Shown here: positions 28,503-41,925 of the stretch, piece by piece
Position numbering within the stretch: position 1 is the first letter of the stretch
Layout: each line of letters opens with the position of its first letter
NCBI GenBank assembly: GCA_964016885.1
Contig: OZ024743.1
Span: 152,086,001-152,150,000 of the forward strand
Length of the DNA: 64,000 bases
Reading direction: 5' to 3'
DNA from: Eledone cirrhosa
Lineage: Eukaryota
Notes under the pieces: model-generated
The model's input: the letters and a program-made list of their open reading frames with translations, nothing else
Database searches by the model: none
What the model was told of the DNA's origin: nothing
Program-made: the position numbers and the translations under genes

Positions 28503-29899
28503 TTAAAGAAGCCTGAACAACATCATCAGTGGTAGTTTTACTTTTTATCCAGAGGATGTAAAACTGAAGTAACAACTTAACTATTTTCCCTCAATAACTG
28601 ATACAGTCTAAAGCTGCACATCAATATTATCCAACTGTGATAACTGTACTTCTTGAGAATAAAACTTATAAAAATACAACTATACAAAGAACCTCTCCAA
28701 CTAGACTGCTGCTATTCTACTTGGGTAAAGGAACAGAAAAATATAATGTCGGCCAGAGATGTTAAAGGACATCACAGCTGCAACACACTTCATTACTAAA
28801 TTGAAATCGGTCAGATATTGGGGGAAAACAATCTTTTACTCTCTCCATCTTACATTTCTCCTTTTATAATATTATGTGTCTACTCTGTTAAGTGCTAGCA
28901 GTGGTACCATGATAAAATGCACCATGTACACACAGTGATATGGTGGGCATTAAAAACGGAACCCAGCTTTAGAACTCATACTTAAATGGAATGTATGAGA
29001 AAAACACAGTCACCTTACCAGTCTAATCACAGAATGTGACAATATGATGATGATGATGATGTTTATAAAGTTCATAAAGAAATGTTTGCAAGAATGAAGA
29101 TACAAATATACATGACTTTAACAGAGTATGTCATATTTTGGTAGAAAAATTCTAAATAGCTTAATTGAGAAATAATAATGTTATTCAAGTTATCAAATTA
29201 TTTAAATACTTAACAGGATTAAAATAAAGTTGAGATGTTTCAAAAAGGTCAATATCGAACTTGTTAAAAAGAGAAACTGTAGAAAATGCAATTGAGTAAG
29301 AACATTTGAATAAAGAAATTTTAAATAGAAATAGTGAGAATAAGCCTGCTTTCACTATGTAATCTTCCTTTTAATTACTTTCTGCAGATTACACATTAAA
29401 CTTTTCAAAAAGAGATAGCAAATGTAGATTTGATTCTTTAGTAGAAAGTCATGTTAATATCTTTTTATATAGCAACTTTAATAACTTATAAATTGAAATG
29501 GCATGTTAAGTATAATTCACTTATATATTCCATCATGTCTTTCTGAGAAAGTGTAAATAAAACAAGATCAAAACAAAGATAAGATAGTTTGGTAGTTTGA
29601 TTATTCATCTTCTAAAGAGTTCATTAATTTGATCTTAAGTGTATATCTTTTCATCATATGTCGAAATATTCCATGAACAATGGCTATGATAGATTTATGT
29701 TGTTGTTTTTTTGTTTTTTTTCCAACAAAAATCTCAAAGTTTTCTGAACTGCAATGTATTAAACTAACTGTGAATAAACAAGACCATTTCAACTATTATT
29801 CCTAACTTAAATCTAATGTTAATTGTAATCTTAGAGTTGTTACTATTTATTTCAAAATAAATTTAATTGCCTTATCATTTTAGTTGACTACAATGTTTG

Positions 29900-31700
29900 G
29901 TACCAAAAACAGTAATGTTCTGCTTCCAATAATTCTCTTTTCAGACATAGGACCTAAGATCGGTGACTAATTGACAAATTAATAACAAGTCTAATTTTGT
30001 TACTTTTGTTGTGGTTACATGCGACTATATACAGATTGAAGAAGCTAACATTATTATAGCAACAAGTATTATGCACAATGCATTTATATTCATATCTATT
30101 ATTCCTGTCGATATTTTTTCAGAGGCTTCTAAAATCCACAGATTCATAGATGAATAAACATGTGTTTTTATAAAAGGTTTTTGACAATAGCCATTGCTAA
30201 ATACATGATAGATGCTGACAATGTTTTCCAATCTTTATTTAGAAGTTCAAATAAGCAGACATAATATATAAATATCAAGGCAAGGATAGTATTTATATAG
30301 TTAATGTTTACACATGGATGAAAAAAGACAATTTAATGGTATATGAATAGCTTGATTCAGGATACATCAATGAAACTTTGATAGAATATATTATACAATG
30401 TTTGTAGAGAAATTCTCCATTTGCAAAGCTGTTATTAATGATTTTATTTCCATTATATCTCTGTCACTAACTTAGTTTACATATGCTTTCCTTGAATTCT
30501 ACTTCTTAACATTCCATAACGGCATGTATTCAAACCACCATTTTCCAGTGGAAATTATTGATCCAACATATATAAAGTCAACATTAATCCAGATTTTGTT
30601 TTACAAAGAGTCTGAACAGGAAATTAATGAAATTCCAATATCAAACTCTAAGTCATTAATAACCTCTTTTTACATTCTTGAAGAAGCTAATTTGGTATTT
30701 CATACCATTTAAATTTATCTTCTTTGAATATCAGCATTTTCAGCTTCCATTGTAATCACCCTCGTAAATCTGAAGAATGAAACTTTATTATATTATGAAT
30801 GAGCATCCTGCCTTAAGTTTTTATTAAAATTAGGCATACTTAGAAGTATGAATGTTCATAACCTAAGATGGGGAGTTTATTGAAAAGAGAACTTCTACAT
30901 CAATATTAATGTAAGTTATTAATGCCAAATGAGTTATCTAAAAATAAATCAAAATGACAAATCACATGTAAAAGAGACGATATGTGTGTAGCAGTATGGT
31001 TGTGAGAGTTAGATCTAAATCTAACAAACTTCTTAGGATTGAGACCTTCAAAAGCAACAGACTCAACACATCCCATTACTTTTTAATGACCTGCAATGAT
31101 ATAGCAGAAATATTAAAAAACAGGCTTGTTAATTCAAATATTCATAATATTTTTACTAGAGGACAAATCATTGTAAAACTTTGTAGTATTATATTAAAGT
31201 AAAGACTTTCAATTTTAATGTTATGCAGTTATAGTGCTATTTTATACTTTTCAAGAATATATTGCTAATGTGGTTTCATGTAGTACAGGACATTAAGAAT
31301 TAATGCTAAGTCTCCCATAAGCAATCCTAAATTCAACAAAGTACCTTAACACCAAATTTTTCAAAGAAACCAATCAATCATCCTGCAAGAAATATCCTGT
31401 CTTTTGAATAAAGTGAATGGAAAATGTTGAATACAATATGGCTAAAAGTTCAAAATTGATCCATATAATTTACTTTCCTTTGCATAACTATCTGCAGAAA
31501 CTATTTATCATGTATGTTTACACTCATGTTATAAAAGTGAATCAGTCTTTCTAGTTAGAATAGTTTCCTGACAGCAGGTAGGTTCTAATCTGTTCCAGTC
31601 TTCAGTTAAGCAATTGACTAGCTAAACAGTCAATATCTTAAGTTCAATAATTAGCTACCACTTGCCTGTAGTTAATTTAACTATTCAAGTTCTTGAACTT
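29900..31700 (-). mobile_element. Possible very old L1/Tx1-like LINE remnant
   Basis: Minus-strand remnant WINVDFIYVGSI (~30570-30595) resembles Tx1-type ORF2. Other motifs are only faint. Confidence 0.3.
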
Positions 31701-32804
31701 TCAGAACTTTATTAATGTAACCAGATAAAATTACTATTCTTAAGGATTCTCACTTTTGAAATGAATACCCTTGATTCTACTGACTAAAGAATGCATTTGT
31801 CCAGTTATCTCATCCTTCTTGTTAATACATTCCAGCACAAATAGCTTAAGGCTAAAGAAGTATTCATGAAATACAATAGGAATTTTAGATGCAGCACAAA
31901 ATGTGAGAAGGCTTTAATAAAAAGCATGTGTATGGTATATGTAAGCGTATGTTCTCATTAATATTATGCTCTGAAACTACATTCTATATATTTAATAGTG
32001 GTTTAGGATTTCAAATATTGCCAGATACCTATCACAGTTACTATAATTCTACCTTATATTTCTTAGGCATTTCTTTAAATATTACAAATCTTTCTTTTAC
32101 TCACAAACAAAAACTCTCACTGCATTCTGTGATTTAATAGTCAGTAGGAAGCTACATGAACCTACATGATCATGGAAGGTCACATTGGAAAGAATACAAA
32201 CTTAGTGATATAATGACAGAAAAAAATAAGATGAGATGATTATTACTAGAACACCATTGAGGGTAGGTTTGCTCTACCAGTGCTGACCTGGAAACCAACT
32301 CCAACACTGCCAGTTCTAGTACATCAGACAATACCAACAATTCTAACATGACCACAAACAACAGTAAACTCTAATACAAACAGAAGAGGAGTCTATATGT
32401 TGCTGTTTGACCAGTTAGAAATCACAATCAAATATCCATCAAATTATTATCATCTTGAAAAAAAAAAGACGATCATATTTGATACTGTGATGTTATAACA
32501 AATACAAAGATGGAATGGTCACAGCTGGAATGCTTTTGTCTGCACGATCAGAGCTGATCTGTAGATAAACAACAATAGCAACAAGATGCAGAAGAGTATT
32601 GATTTCTAAACATTGTGATCAACTTTCAAACATTTCTAACAAAGACTGTGTTACTTTCATACTTTTCACTACTTTGCTAGCATAAGTCAATGGAATAAGA
32701 AATCTCTTTACCTCTCTATCTATCTCCCTTATATATATATATATATAAACAAGTATTGCTCCAAGAAAAATAAAATGTCGGTGTGAAGAGATCATCATAT
32801 ATCA

Positions 32805-33120
32805 TCCTCATCATTATCATCATCATCATCATCATTTAACGTCCATCTTCCACGCTAGCATCGGTTAGACGGGTTTGTCCCATTTAGAGGCAAGCTGGGT
32901 CAGATGACAGTGTCTTGTGCATATAGGACTGTTTCAGGCTGGTTTTATACGACTGGATGCCCTTCCCAGTGCCAACCTCATTTACAGTGTGTGCTCTGTG
33001 CTTTTTACCATGTCTTGTACATGACCACTTTACAGTATGAGCTGAGTGCTTTCTGTTGTGACACCTACATGACCATTTTACAGTGTGGGCTGGAGGTTCT
33101 GTGGTACCAACATAACATAA
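32805..33120 (-). mobile_element. RTE 3' UTR and tail only
   Basis: (CAT)n + tttaacgtccatcttccacgctagcat, with repeated ccactttacagtgtg units. Confidence 0.85.
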
Positions 33121-33121
33121 G

Positions 33122-33167
<46 letters not shown>

Positions 33168-33207
33168 TATCATGATAATGATATATATACTTGTGTGTTA
33201 TTACACA

Positions 33208-34872
33208 TATCATCATCACCTCTGTCTTACATCCATTTTCCACTCTAGCATGGGTTACACAGGTTGTCCTGTTGTGGGCAATTCTAGGCCAGGTGACATG
33301 TCTTGCTCATACAGGACTGATTCTAGCTTGGTTTCTACAGATGGTTGCCCTTCCTAATGCCAAACTCATTTACAGTGTGGGCTGGGTGCTTTTGTTGTGA
33401 TACCTACTCGACCATTTTGCAGTGTGGGTTGGGGGCTTCCCTAGATGCATTTACTTTGGCCTGATCTCATAGGGGTGTATGGGAGGGTGTGGTGGGGCAT
33501 ACTGTATATATGCTTTGGCTTGTGCTTGTGAGAAGTCAAGTCTTCTGTATTACTGCGTATCGCCAGAGATCTCGGTCATGTGTCATCATCTTTGAGAGGT
33601 GCTATCGGGCAAGGTCAGCTTTTATCACCTCATCGCAAGTCTTCCTGGGTCTCCGCACTCCAAGGCTTCCATCAACTTTGAGCGCTCTGCACTTTTTTAA
33701 TGCAGCTGTCATCCTTCATACGCATCTTATGTCCATACCAACATAATTTTCTCTTCTGCACACAGCATTTGATTCCTCTTATGCCTAGTTTCTCTCTCAG
33801 TTCGTTTCTACTTTGCCTTTCTCGTATATTACTATTACACATCCATCATAGCATGCAAGCCTCATTTCTTTCGAATCTATACAAGTCTTCTTCACACAGC
33901 ACCCAGGTATCACTACCATGTAACATAGCTGTTCATATGCATGCATCATACAGTTTGCCTTTCATTCTGAGGGAGAAGCCTTTTGTAGCCAGCAATGGTA
34001 GTTGCTCCCTGAATTTCCTCCACCCTGTTCTTACTCTGGCTACTCTACTTTCAGAACACACACCACCACTGCTAATTCAGTCACCTAAGTAGCAGAAGCT
34101 CTCTGCTGTTTCTACAGAGCTCTCCCAGAATTTGGTAGCACTTGTTTCTTGTGGTCATTTGCTGCTTCTTGTTCCAGTGCAATTGCTACATGTAAAGCCT
34201 ACATTCTTAGCTAAACTTCCTGTGATCCCACTACATCTCTTGTGTACTCATAGTTTGCATATGGCACAGAGGATGGAGTTTCTACCCACGCCTTTCCTAC
34301 ATACTTAGCAAGGCCATTTCTCTGAGGGGATCTGGGTTCTGCTGTCTCTTCTCCTTACTAGGACCTTAGTTTTGTCAGGTTGACTTTAAGGCCCTTTCTG
34401 TCTAGGCCCTACTTCCATGTTTGGAATTTCTTCTTTAGTTCCACCATAGTTTTAGCTATGAGTGTAAGATCTTCTATGTACAGAAGTTCCCATGGGCAAC
34501 AAGTCTTAGACACCTCCATTATAGCCTGCAAAGCGATAATAGGAATGGGCTAAGAACAGAGCCCTGGTGGACGCCAACTTGTATGCTAAATTCTTCACTA
34601 TAGTCTTTGTGAATCCTGACTTTGTGATTGCTCTTCTATACATGGCTTGTACAGCCTTAACAAGTCACTCATTACTCCTAGTTTTCCAAGAGTACACCAA
34701 ATTATGTCACGTGGCACTCTACAGATCCATAAACACCAGGTAGAGAGGCTTTCTTTTAGCTAGGTACTTTTCCTGTAACTGTCTCACAAGGAAGAGGGCA
34801 TTAGTGGTGTTTTTGCCTGGCACAAATCCAAACTGCATCTAATCTAGATTTACCCTGTTCCTAATCAACTGG
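33208..34872 (-). mobile_element. RTE LINE subfamily A, decayed, 5'-truncated
   Basis: Colinear with 4800-6470 along its length. Multiple frameshifts. Confidence 0.92.
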
Positions 34873-34907
34873 TATATATATGTATAAATATATACATATA
34901 TATATAT

Positions 34908-35670
34908 ATCATCATCATCAACATTATCATTTTACATCTGCTTTTCCCTGCTTGCAAGGGTGGGACGGGTCCTATTCAACACAGCATCTCTCCACTTGTC
35001 ACGGTCTTTCGTCATCTCCACCATGAGCTTCAGTGATCTGAGGTCTGCTCTCACCACCTCCGCCCATCTTTTTAATGGTCTTCCTCTACTACGTCTTCCT
35101 TCAACTGGCATTTCTTGGCACTTCTTCACCCATCAGTCATCCTCCATGTGCATCACATGTCCATACCATCGCAGTCTCCTCTCCCGCGCACTACATTTTA
35201 TCCCTCTCAAACACAGTTTCTCTCTCAACACATTCATGCTCGGTTGTTCAAGCATATTGACATTGCACATCCAACAGAGCATGCTTGCCTCATTTCTTTC
35301 CAGCCATCGCATATCCTCTGCAGTTGCTGCCCATGTCTCACTACCATGCAGCATCGCGCACCTCACACAGGCATGATATAACTGGCCTTTTGTACGCAGG
35401 GAGAAACCCTTTTTCATCAGCAGAGGAAGCAGCTCCCTAAACTTCTTCCAGCCCATCCTTATTCTAGATACTATGGCCTTGGAACACCCTCCTCCCATGA
35501 TAATCTGATCAACTAGGTACCGGAAGCTATCAACCACTTCTATAGAACCCACCTGCATTTGAAAAATGTGTCTATCAATGCGATTTCTACTGTCAAATTT
35601 CCCTGTACATCTATTGCATATGTATTTCTCCCTACCTGTTAGTTTGCCTGATATCCCACTATATCTCTTA
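34908..35670 (-). mobile_element. RTE LINE subfamily B, 3' fragment (ORF runs directly into the tail)
   Basis: ORFs 35133-35558 (MLHGSETW, RRLRWYGHV) and 34932-35129 (GRRSRGRP..RW...RPTLASREKQM*), then an (ATG)n tail. Confidence 0.92.
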
Positions 35671-35709
35671 TATATATATATATATTTTTTTTTTTAAAGG
35701 AAGTAAGGT

Positions 35710-36270
35710 TCTATACAAAACAGAGGTTATAGAGAAAAAGTGGCTTTGGAAATAGCACGGAAAATATATTTAAAGGATATTTTTCTTTTTTTCTTCTTTG
35801 ATCCATCAAAGTAACATTATTGAAAAAATTGTCTTTTATTTTTTTAAAAGGAGTCCTATATTGTATATAAAATATAACCGGTTTCGATCTATCATTGTAA
35901 TCCATCTTAAAAAAGAATGAAAAAAGAATAAAAAATTTTAAATTAAGTGCTGAAGAAGGTCTGTTCATCTTTCTTGTTGAGAAGAAGACTGGGTCTAAAA
36001 TGGAACCTTATATATAGCGAGAGAGGTAGTCATAGTAGTAGTAGTGGTGGTAGCTGTATCTTTTCATGGAACAAAATTACTTTTAGGGAGAGGAAATTTT
36101 TCTGTATATATGTGTGTATCTCAATTGAGTTAAATGACTGGTCAAGAGTTCAGCTGGGGTGGCGAAGAGGAGAAATGCAAGCTAGAGACAATTGCTATAA
36201 GGGAGAGAGGTATATGGGATTGTCAAAGTATAGGATTGTAAAAGAAATTCTATTCTAGGAATAGAATTAG
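35710..36270 (-). mobile_element. Possible Penelope-like RT/endonuclease linker remnant
   Basis: ORF 35711-35968 (KPVIFYIQY...LFPKPLFLY) loosely resembles PLE linkers. Flanked by (TA)n. Confidence 0.3.
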
Positions 36271-36293
36271 AGGGTATGAGTGCATATGTGTGA

Positions 36294-36351
<58 letters not shown>

Positions 36352-36439
36352 ATAATAATAAATTTGAAGACTAAAATCCAAAGAGGGCTCGATAAGGATA
36401 AATATATATCAAATATATAAGAACCGTAGAGCAAATATT

Positions 36440-36483
<44 letters not shown>

Positions 36484-36566
36484 TTGTGTGTGTGTGACTG
36501 CTATTGTAAGTGTGGTGGGATCAAAACCTAGAGAAATAGTTCTGGGGGAAAAAAAAAGGTTTTAGG

Positions 36567-36611
<45 letters not shown>

Positions 36612-36616
<5 letters not shown>

Positions 36617-36990
36617 ATCTTTGGTCATGGCATTATATAGCAATTGATGGTAGGTACTGTTCCCGACTTGGTTAAGGTTACCGGTTTTATCAGAGTGAAC
36701 ATGCACAGCATTAGAATCCTTTATCAGTTTATTCTTCAAATTCTGTTGGAAGGAGTTGCTTCTCTTTCAAAATTTGATACTCTGTATGAGTTCGAGTACA
36801 TCATTTTCAAAAGGTAAATTAGTTGGGTTGCTTGGAGGATTTATTGTATATCTTCAATCCAGACTTTCCCTGGTGTTTATCAGCTTTATCATGGTGGTCA
36901 AAATAGAAGGTCAATTTTGCATTGTTTAGCCTTCAATCTCTTTCAACGGTATATATATATATTGTTATGTTTGAGGAGGGTCATGTTGTT
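36612..36990 (-). mobile_element. Penelope-like element, N-terminal RT fragment
   Basis: LIKDSNAVHVHSDKTGNLNQV...YHQLLYNAMTKDY matches the PLE 'ADK(T/G)N...Y..LL...T..Y' motif. 36961-36988 attgttatgtttgaggagggtcatgttg matches the PLE terminus at 55542-55569. Confidence 0.65.
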
Positions 36991-37056
36991 ATAGTATATA
37001 TATATATATGTGTGTATTTATGTGTGTGTGTGTGTGTGTATATATGTGTATATATA

Positions 37057-37400
37057 TCATCATCATCATCATCATTTTACGTTTGCTTTTCCCTGCTTGC
37101 AAGGGTGGGATGGGAACTGATTCTGGCTTGATTTCTACAGCTGGATGCCCTTCCTAACACCAACCTCATTTACAGTGAGTGCTGGGTGCTTTTTTGCGTG
37201 GCACCTCCATGACGACTTTGCAGTAGAATGATAGGGACCCCAGTCCTATCATCTCATATCTACAGCTGAGTAAACTGAAGCAATGTGAAATAAAGTGTCT
37301 TGCTCAAGGAAACAACGCATCACCGGGTCTGAGAGTTGAATGAACTCACAACCTTCAATTGCAAGGCCAATGCTCTAACCACTAAGCCATGTGCCTCCAT
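37057..37400 (-). mobile_element. SINE family B, full length
   Basis: Reverse complement of 41220-41567. Confidence 0.93.
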
Positions 37401-37445
37401 ATATATATGAATTCTGTCGATCGATTGGTTATTGATTAGGTGACA

Positions 37446-37545
37446 CCTGCTGATGAAGCCACATGCATTGTTGCATAATATACACAGACAGAGGGTGCAG
37501 TGCACCCTACTGCTGCATTAAGTGTGGCCGAAACTTGAGTCCGGG
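37446..37545 (+). ncRNA. Type I hammerhead ribozyme (Penelope/retrozyme-type, short stem III)
   Basis: CCTG-CTGATGA(37450-56)-A-GCCACA...TGTGGC-C-GAAAC(37530-34)-TTGA-GTC(37539-41)-CGGG. All three stems can pair. Confidence 0.8.
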
Positions 37546-37713
37546 AAGTACTATAGGCACCCGTTTACGTGTGTTGTATTGAAGCGAATAACTATGTGTA
37601 TACTCTGGGAATGTATTTATTCTACATTACCTATTGAGTACGCTGACAACCGGTCCTAGCATTGATAAATATGCTGGGTCCGTCAACTCCTTATTATATA
37701 TATATATATATAT

Positions 37714-38333
37714 AAATGAAGAATGGTGTGCTGCGTTGTTGCGAACATGAACATATGAATAAAAATAGACAGGGGGGTAAAATGTCCTCTTCAGTAGTCT
37801 GCTGATTATCATTGGTCATGTTCGCAACAACGCAGCACACCATTCTTCATTCACATATTTTTTCTCTTCGCTGTGGTTTGTATTTTTTCTGTCACTTTTC
37901 TGCTATCACCCTTTCTCTCTCCTTCACCTCTTGCCTTCCTCAACTCCCGCTACTGGTCACTCACTCTCGGCTGGCCCTTCCTCCCACTTTCACTCACTCC
38001 CTCTCTGCTTCTCCCCCCCCCCTCTCACTTCCTCTCGTCTGGCCTGTTTGAATTTCTTTCCTCTCTCAATCTTCTCGCCGCTCGGACATGTCTATTTCCC
38101 CTCGTCAATTTGATATGTCGGGCTTAAGCCCACAGGATTCATTGACTTGTCTTCTATTTTCCTCTCTTTGCGTTGCATACCACCATGTGTTTGTTTCCTT
38201 CCCTCTGTTTTCCCACTGTCCCGATAACTTAATTGAGTTATCGTTCGCACTGATTTTAGGTATCTAGTCTTTAATGCTTCGAAATACCAACGATAATCAG
38301 CAGACTACTGAAGAGGACATTTTACTCCCTGTC

Positions 38334-38343
<10 letters not shown>
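37714..38343 (+). mobile_element. Non-coding PLE-like unit with permuted inverted terminal segments
   Basis: 37757-37817 is inverted at 38285-38343, and 37714-37750 is inverted at 37817-37852. Flanked by (TA)n. Contains CTGAAGAGGACA. Confidence 0.6.
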
Positions 38344-38401
<58 letters not shown>

Positions 38402-40348
38402 ATAAGAAAATGCTAAGTAATTGTAGATGTTAAATTTGTAGATGTAACCATTGCCATGCTCTTATCAGAGAGCTTCATTACATAATACGGTAACCTTCTT
38501 GAGGCAATCTAAACTAAAACAAGGGAACGGACAAAGATGATGTTTTTGAAGCCTTCACCCATTCCCCTGTGAGCTATAGTTCCCCTCCACAGCTTTGCCC
38601 ATTATATATATTATTGGTACAGATTAAACTTTAAACAAAAGATTTATGCTTTCACCCTATACAGGATCTTCTTAAACTGAGAAAAATTAATCTGTAGACG
38701 CAGAAGTAAATATTTCAAAAAAGTTACAACCAAATATTGCCTTTAGAAAACAGGCAGTATGGATAGACATTCTTTTCAGATGGGCTAAGTGTATGCAAGG
38801 ATAATTACGTCATTATGTAGAATTGTGTGAAAATTGCAATATTTTGAACACCGAGGATCTAGAAAGAATAGAAAGAAATGTTGCAAGTATGCTCCAATGG
38901 ATGTGTAATAGCAGTATGCATGACGGATGAAGCATCAGCTAACTTGGAGAAAATTTGAGCAGATGAAGGATTAGATACAGTCTTCAAAAAGGAAAACGCC
39001 ACTGGTATTAATGTGATGTGTATAAAGGACAACACCAGCATAAAAAGTGCAGGCTCTTAAAGTTGATGAAAACTGTTGATGAGGTAGCGTTAGGAAAAAT
39101 TTAGAATGATGTAGTGAAGGTTGACCTCACAAAGGAGATGACACAAATATTATAGCCATAAAATGCAGGAACAGAAAGACCTTCACTTCCCTGTCCCATT
39201 TCATATGGAGGCTTTGTGACCAAAAGTACAACAGCCCCAGCATTATCAACTCTACAATTATTGACTCTATGAGGATTTCCATATAATTCAGCAGCCTGCA
39301 ATGGCCATCAGCAGAAAAACTGACTTATCGTTTTGCTGCCACATAGTTCCACCTGACTCATGTGTATATGTTATGCCAACAGCCCCTACTCTCAAGCCAG
39401 CACAATCACCAAAAAAACGTCCAAATCATTCTGAGACCAATAACAAACTCATCAAAAGATCATTACATACACCAAATGTACATTCAGCCCATCAACAGTA
39501 CCAAATACACAGGACAGATGGTTTGTCAGCCTCAATGACAGAGTAAATGGTGTCAAAAGACACACAAGTTCACACACTAGCTTCCTCAACTTTTGTTGCT
39601 GATTTACCAATACCATAAAATAATCTGAACTGAACAATGAAGGCCCTTAACAACATGCTCCTAAATTGCATGCTCCATATTGATGTTTTTGTCTTGAAAC
39701 CTCTGGTAATTTGGAAATCAGTCAAATCATTAATACAAAATATTCTCAGCTTCCAAATTATGTGCTGATTGCTCTTTCCTTTTGTTTGTACCCCAATCTG
39801 TATCATCATCATTTAATATCTATGTTCCCTATAAAATACATACACATACACACACATATATATATATTCCCTCGCAGGGAAGACAATAGATATATTTCCC
39901 TGATGGTAGGATTTATGGCGACAGTGGTGTGAAGGAAAACTTTGTCTGGGGGCTATCTGTTATCTATCAGTGAAATAACTAGTGGTCATTATAAATAGGC
40001 TGTCGTGTGGCTCTACCATCACTCAGACCACTACCTGTTCACCTGTACAACACAGCCTGTATACATAATGTTTATTGCTATATCAGCTAGCTACATACTG
40101 CCGACTACAACTTCTCACCTTTCTTTTAAGGGAACATCCAATGGTAAATAAAAGTTTTGTGCACAACACTGAAGCTTTACAGAACACTGTATTAATTTGT
40201 GAACACTATAATAAACATTATATTTATGATTTGAAAAAATAATTTTTTTTTTTTTCGTTTTTGCTGAAGTGAAGTAACGATATATATTCAACCAGAATTG
40301 TTGGTATTTGTCTTCCTCAACAAATAAAACTTCACTTCACACACACAC

Positions 40349-40396
<48 letters not shown>

Positions 40397-40495
40397 GTGT
40401 GTGTGTGTGTGTGAAGTAACCACAGTCATATATTAGCTCATTAGTTGCACACAGTTAAATGCATTTTATATTTATGTGTGAGGATGGTATGTATG

Positions 40496-40537
<42 letters not shown>

Positions 40538-41094
40538 CATGGTCGGGTCGTTGGTGACTAAACTGGCAACCCTACAAAGGTTTCTTGGTGAGGAGGGTGA
40601 CTTTGGACATCCTGCAGGACTAAAAACAAAACCTGTCAAAGGGCAAAGGAGCTCTTAAGAGTCAATGGCCATCCAGAATCACCGGGAGAGATGACCCCTT
40701 AGCCTTTGTCAAGGCAGAATTCTAGGAGCAGGAAAACTCTGATATAACACCTGCAACCCTGATGGTATCCAATGATGTTGACTTGTTCTTCTTTTTGGTA
40801 AATATCATCTTGGTTAAGAGAGTGGGACTGGCTTTGTGCAGTGCCTTTGCTCACTATAAAAGCTTCACGGCACAGGCATTGCTTTATATCTGGAGATCTC
40901 TCTGCACTTGTTGTCACATGGTACCATGGGCCCAGCACTATGTGTCAATAATTGTCACAAGTGTAGTGTTTGTACCAGAGTTTTCAAGTCAGTGGCTGGG
41001 CTAAAAGGTCACACTCGTTCAGCGCATCGGTAGGGGTTCTCCTACATGGATATAAAGTAGTGGCCGTACTCAAAAACGAGTTGGCAGCCACCAT
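40538..41094 (+). mobile_element. Non-autonomous RTE-derived element (family C), longest copy
   Basis: Repeated at 41731-41925 and 61804-62145. The 3' part encodes a C2H2 remnant ([20 protein letters not shown]) like RTE ORF ends. Embedded in (TA)n. Confidence 0.75.
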
Positions 41095-41096
41095 GT

Positions 41097-41196
<100 letters not shown>

Positions 41197-41219
41197 ATAT
41201 ATATGTATATAAAATATAT

Positions 41220-41567
41220 ATGGAGGCACATGGCTTAGTGGTTAGAGCATTGGCCTTGCAATCAAAAGGTTGTGAGTTCAATTCTCAGACCGGGTGTTGT
41301 GTTGTTTCCTTGAGCAAGACACTTTATTTCACATTGCTCCAGTTTACTCAGCTGTAGAAATGAGATGATAGGGACTGGGGTCCATATCATTCCACTGCAA
41401 AGTGGTCGTGCAGGTGCCACGGCAAAAAAGCATCCAGCACTCACTGTAAATGAGGTTGGTGTTAGGAAGGGCACCCAGCTGTAGAAATCAAGCCAGAATC
41501 AGTTCCCGTCCCACCCTTGCAAGCAGGAAAAAAGCGGACGTAAAATGAAATGAAATGAAATGATGAT
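41220..41567 (+). mobile_element. SINE family B, full length (tRNA head, V-like core, RTE tail)
   Basis: A-box tggcttagtgg, B-box gagttcaattc, core tccttgagcaagacacttt...ttgctccagtttactcagctgta, RTE 3' end and (ATG)n. Confidence 0.93.
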
Positions 41568-41592
41568 ATGTATGTATATATATGTATGTATG

Positions 41593-41678
<86 letters not shown>

Positions 41679-41730
41679 AGTATGTATATATATGTATGTA
41701 TGTATATATGTATGTATGTATATATATATG

Positions 41731-41925
41731 TCTCTCTGCACTTGTCGTCACATGGTACCATGGGCCCAGCACTATGTGTCAATAATTGTCACAAGTGTAG
41801 TGTTTGTACCAGAGTTTTCAAGTCGCTGGCTGGACTAAAAGTCACACTCGTTCAGCGCATTGGTAGGTGTTCTCCTACATGGATATAAAGTAGTGGCCGT
41901 ACTCAAAAACGAGTTGGCAGCCACC
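41731..41925 (+). mobile_element. Family C, 5'-truncated
   Basis: Near-identical to 40897-41094. Confidence 0.85.

Noticed and set aside
38400-39780. Higher-complexity stretch with several short ORFs
   Set aside because: No splice-consistent exon or domain recognised apart from a tiny RTE-like peptide near 38860-38910. Probably a decayed TE.
41220-41295. tRNA-like sequences with A/B boxes
   Set aside because: They are SINE heads followed by core and tail, and no full cloverleaf is evident.
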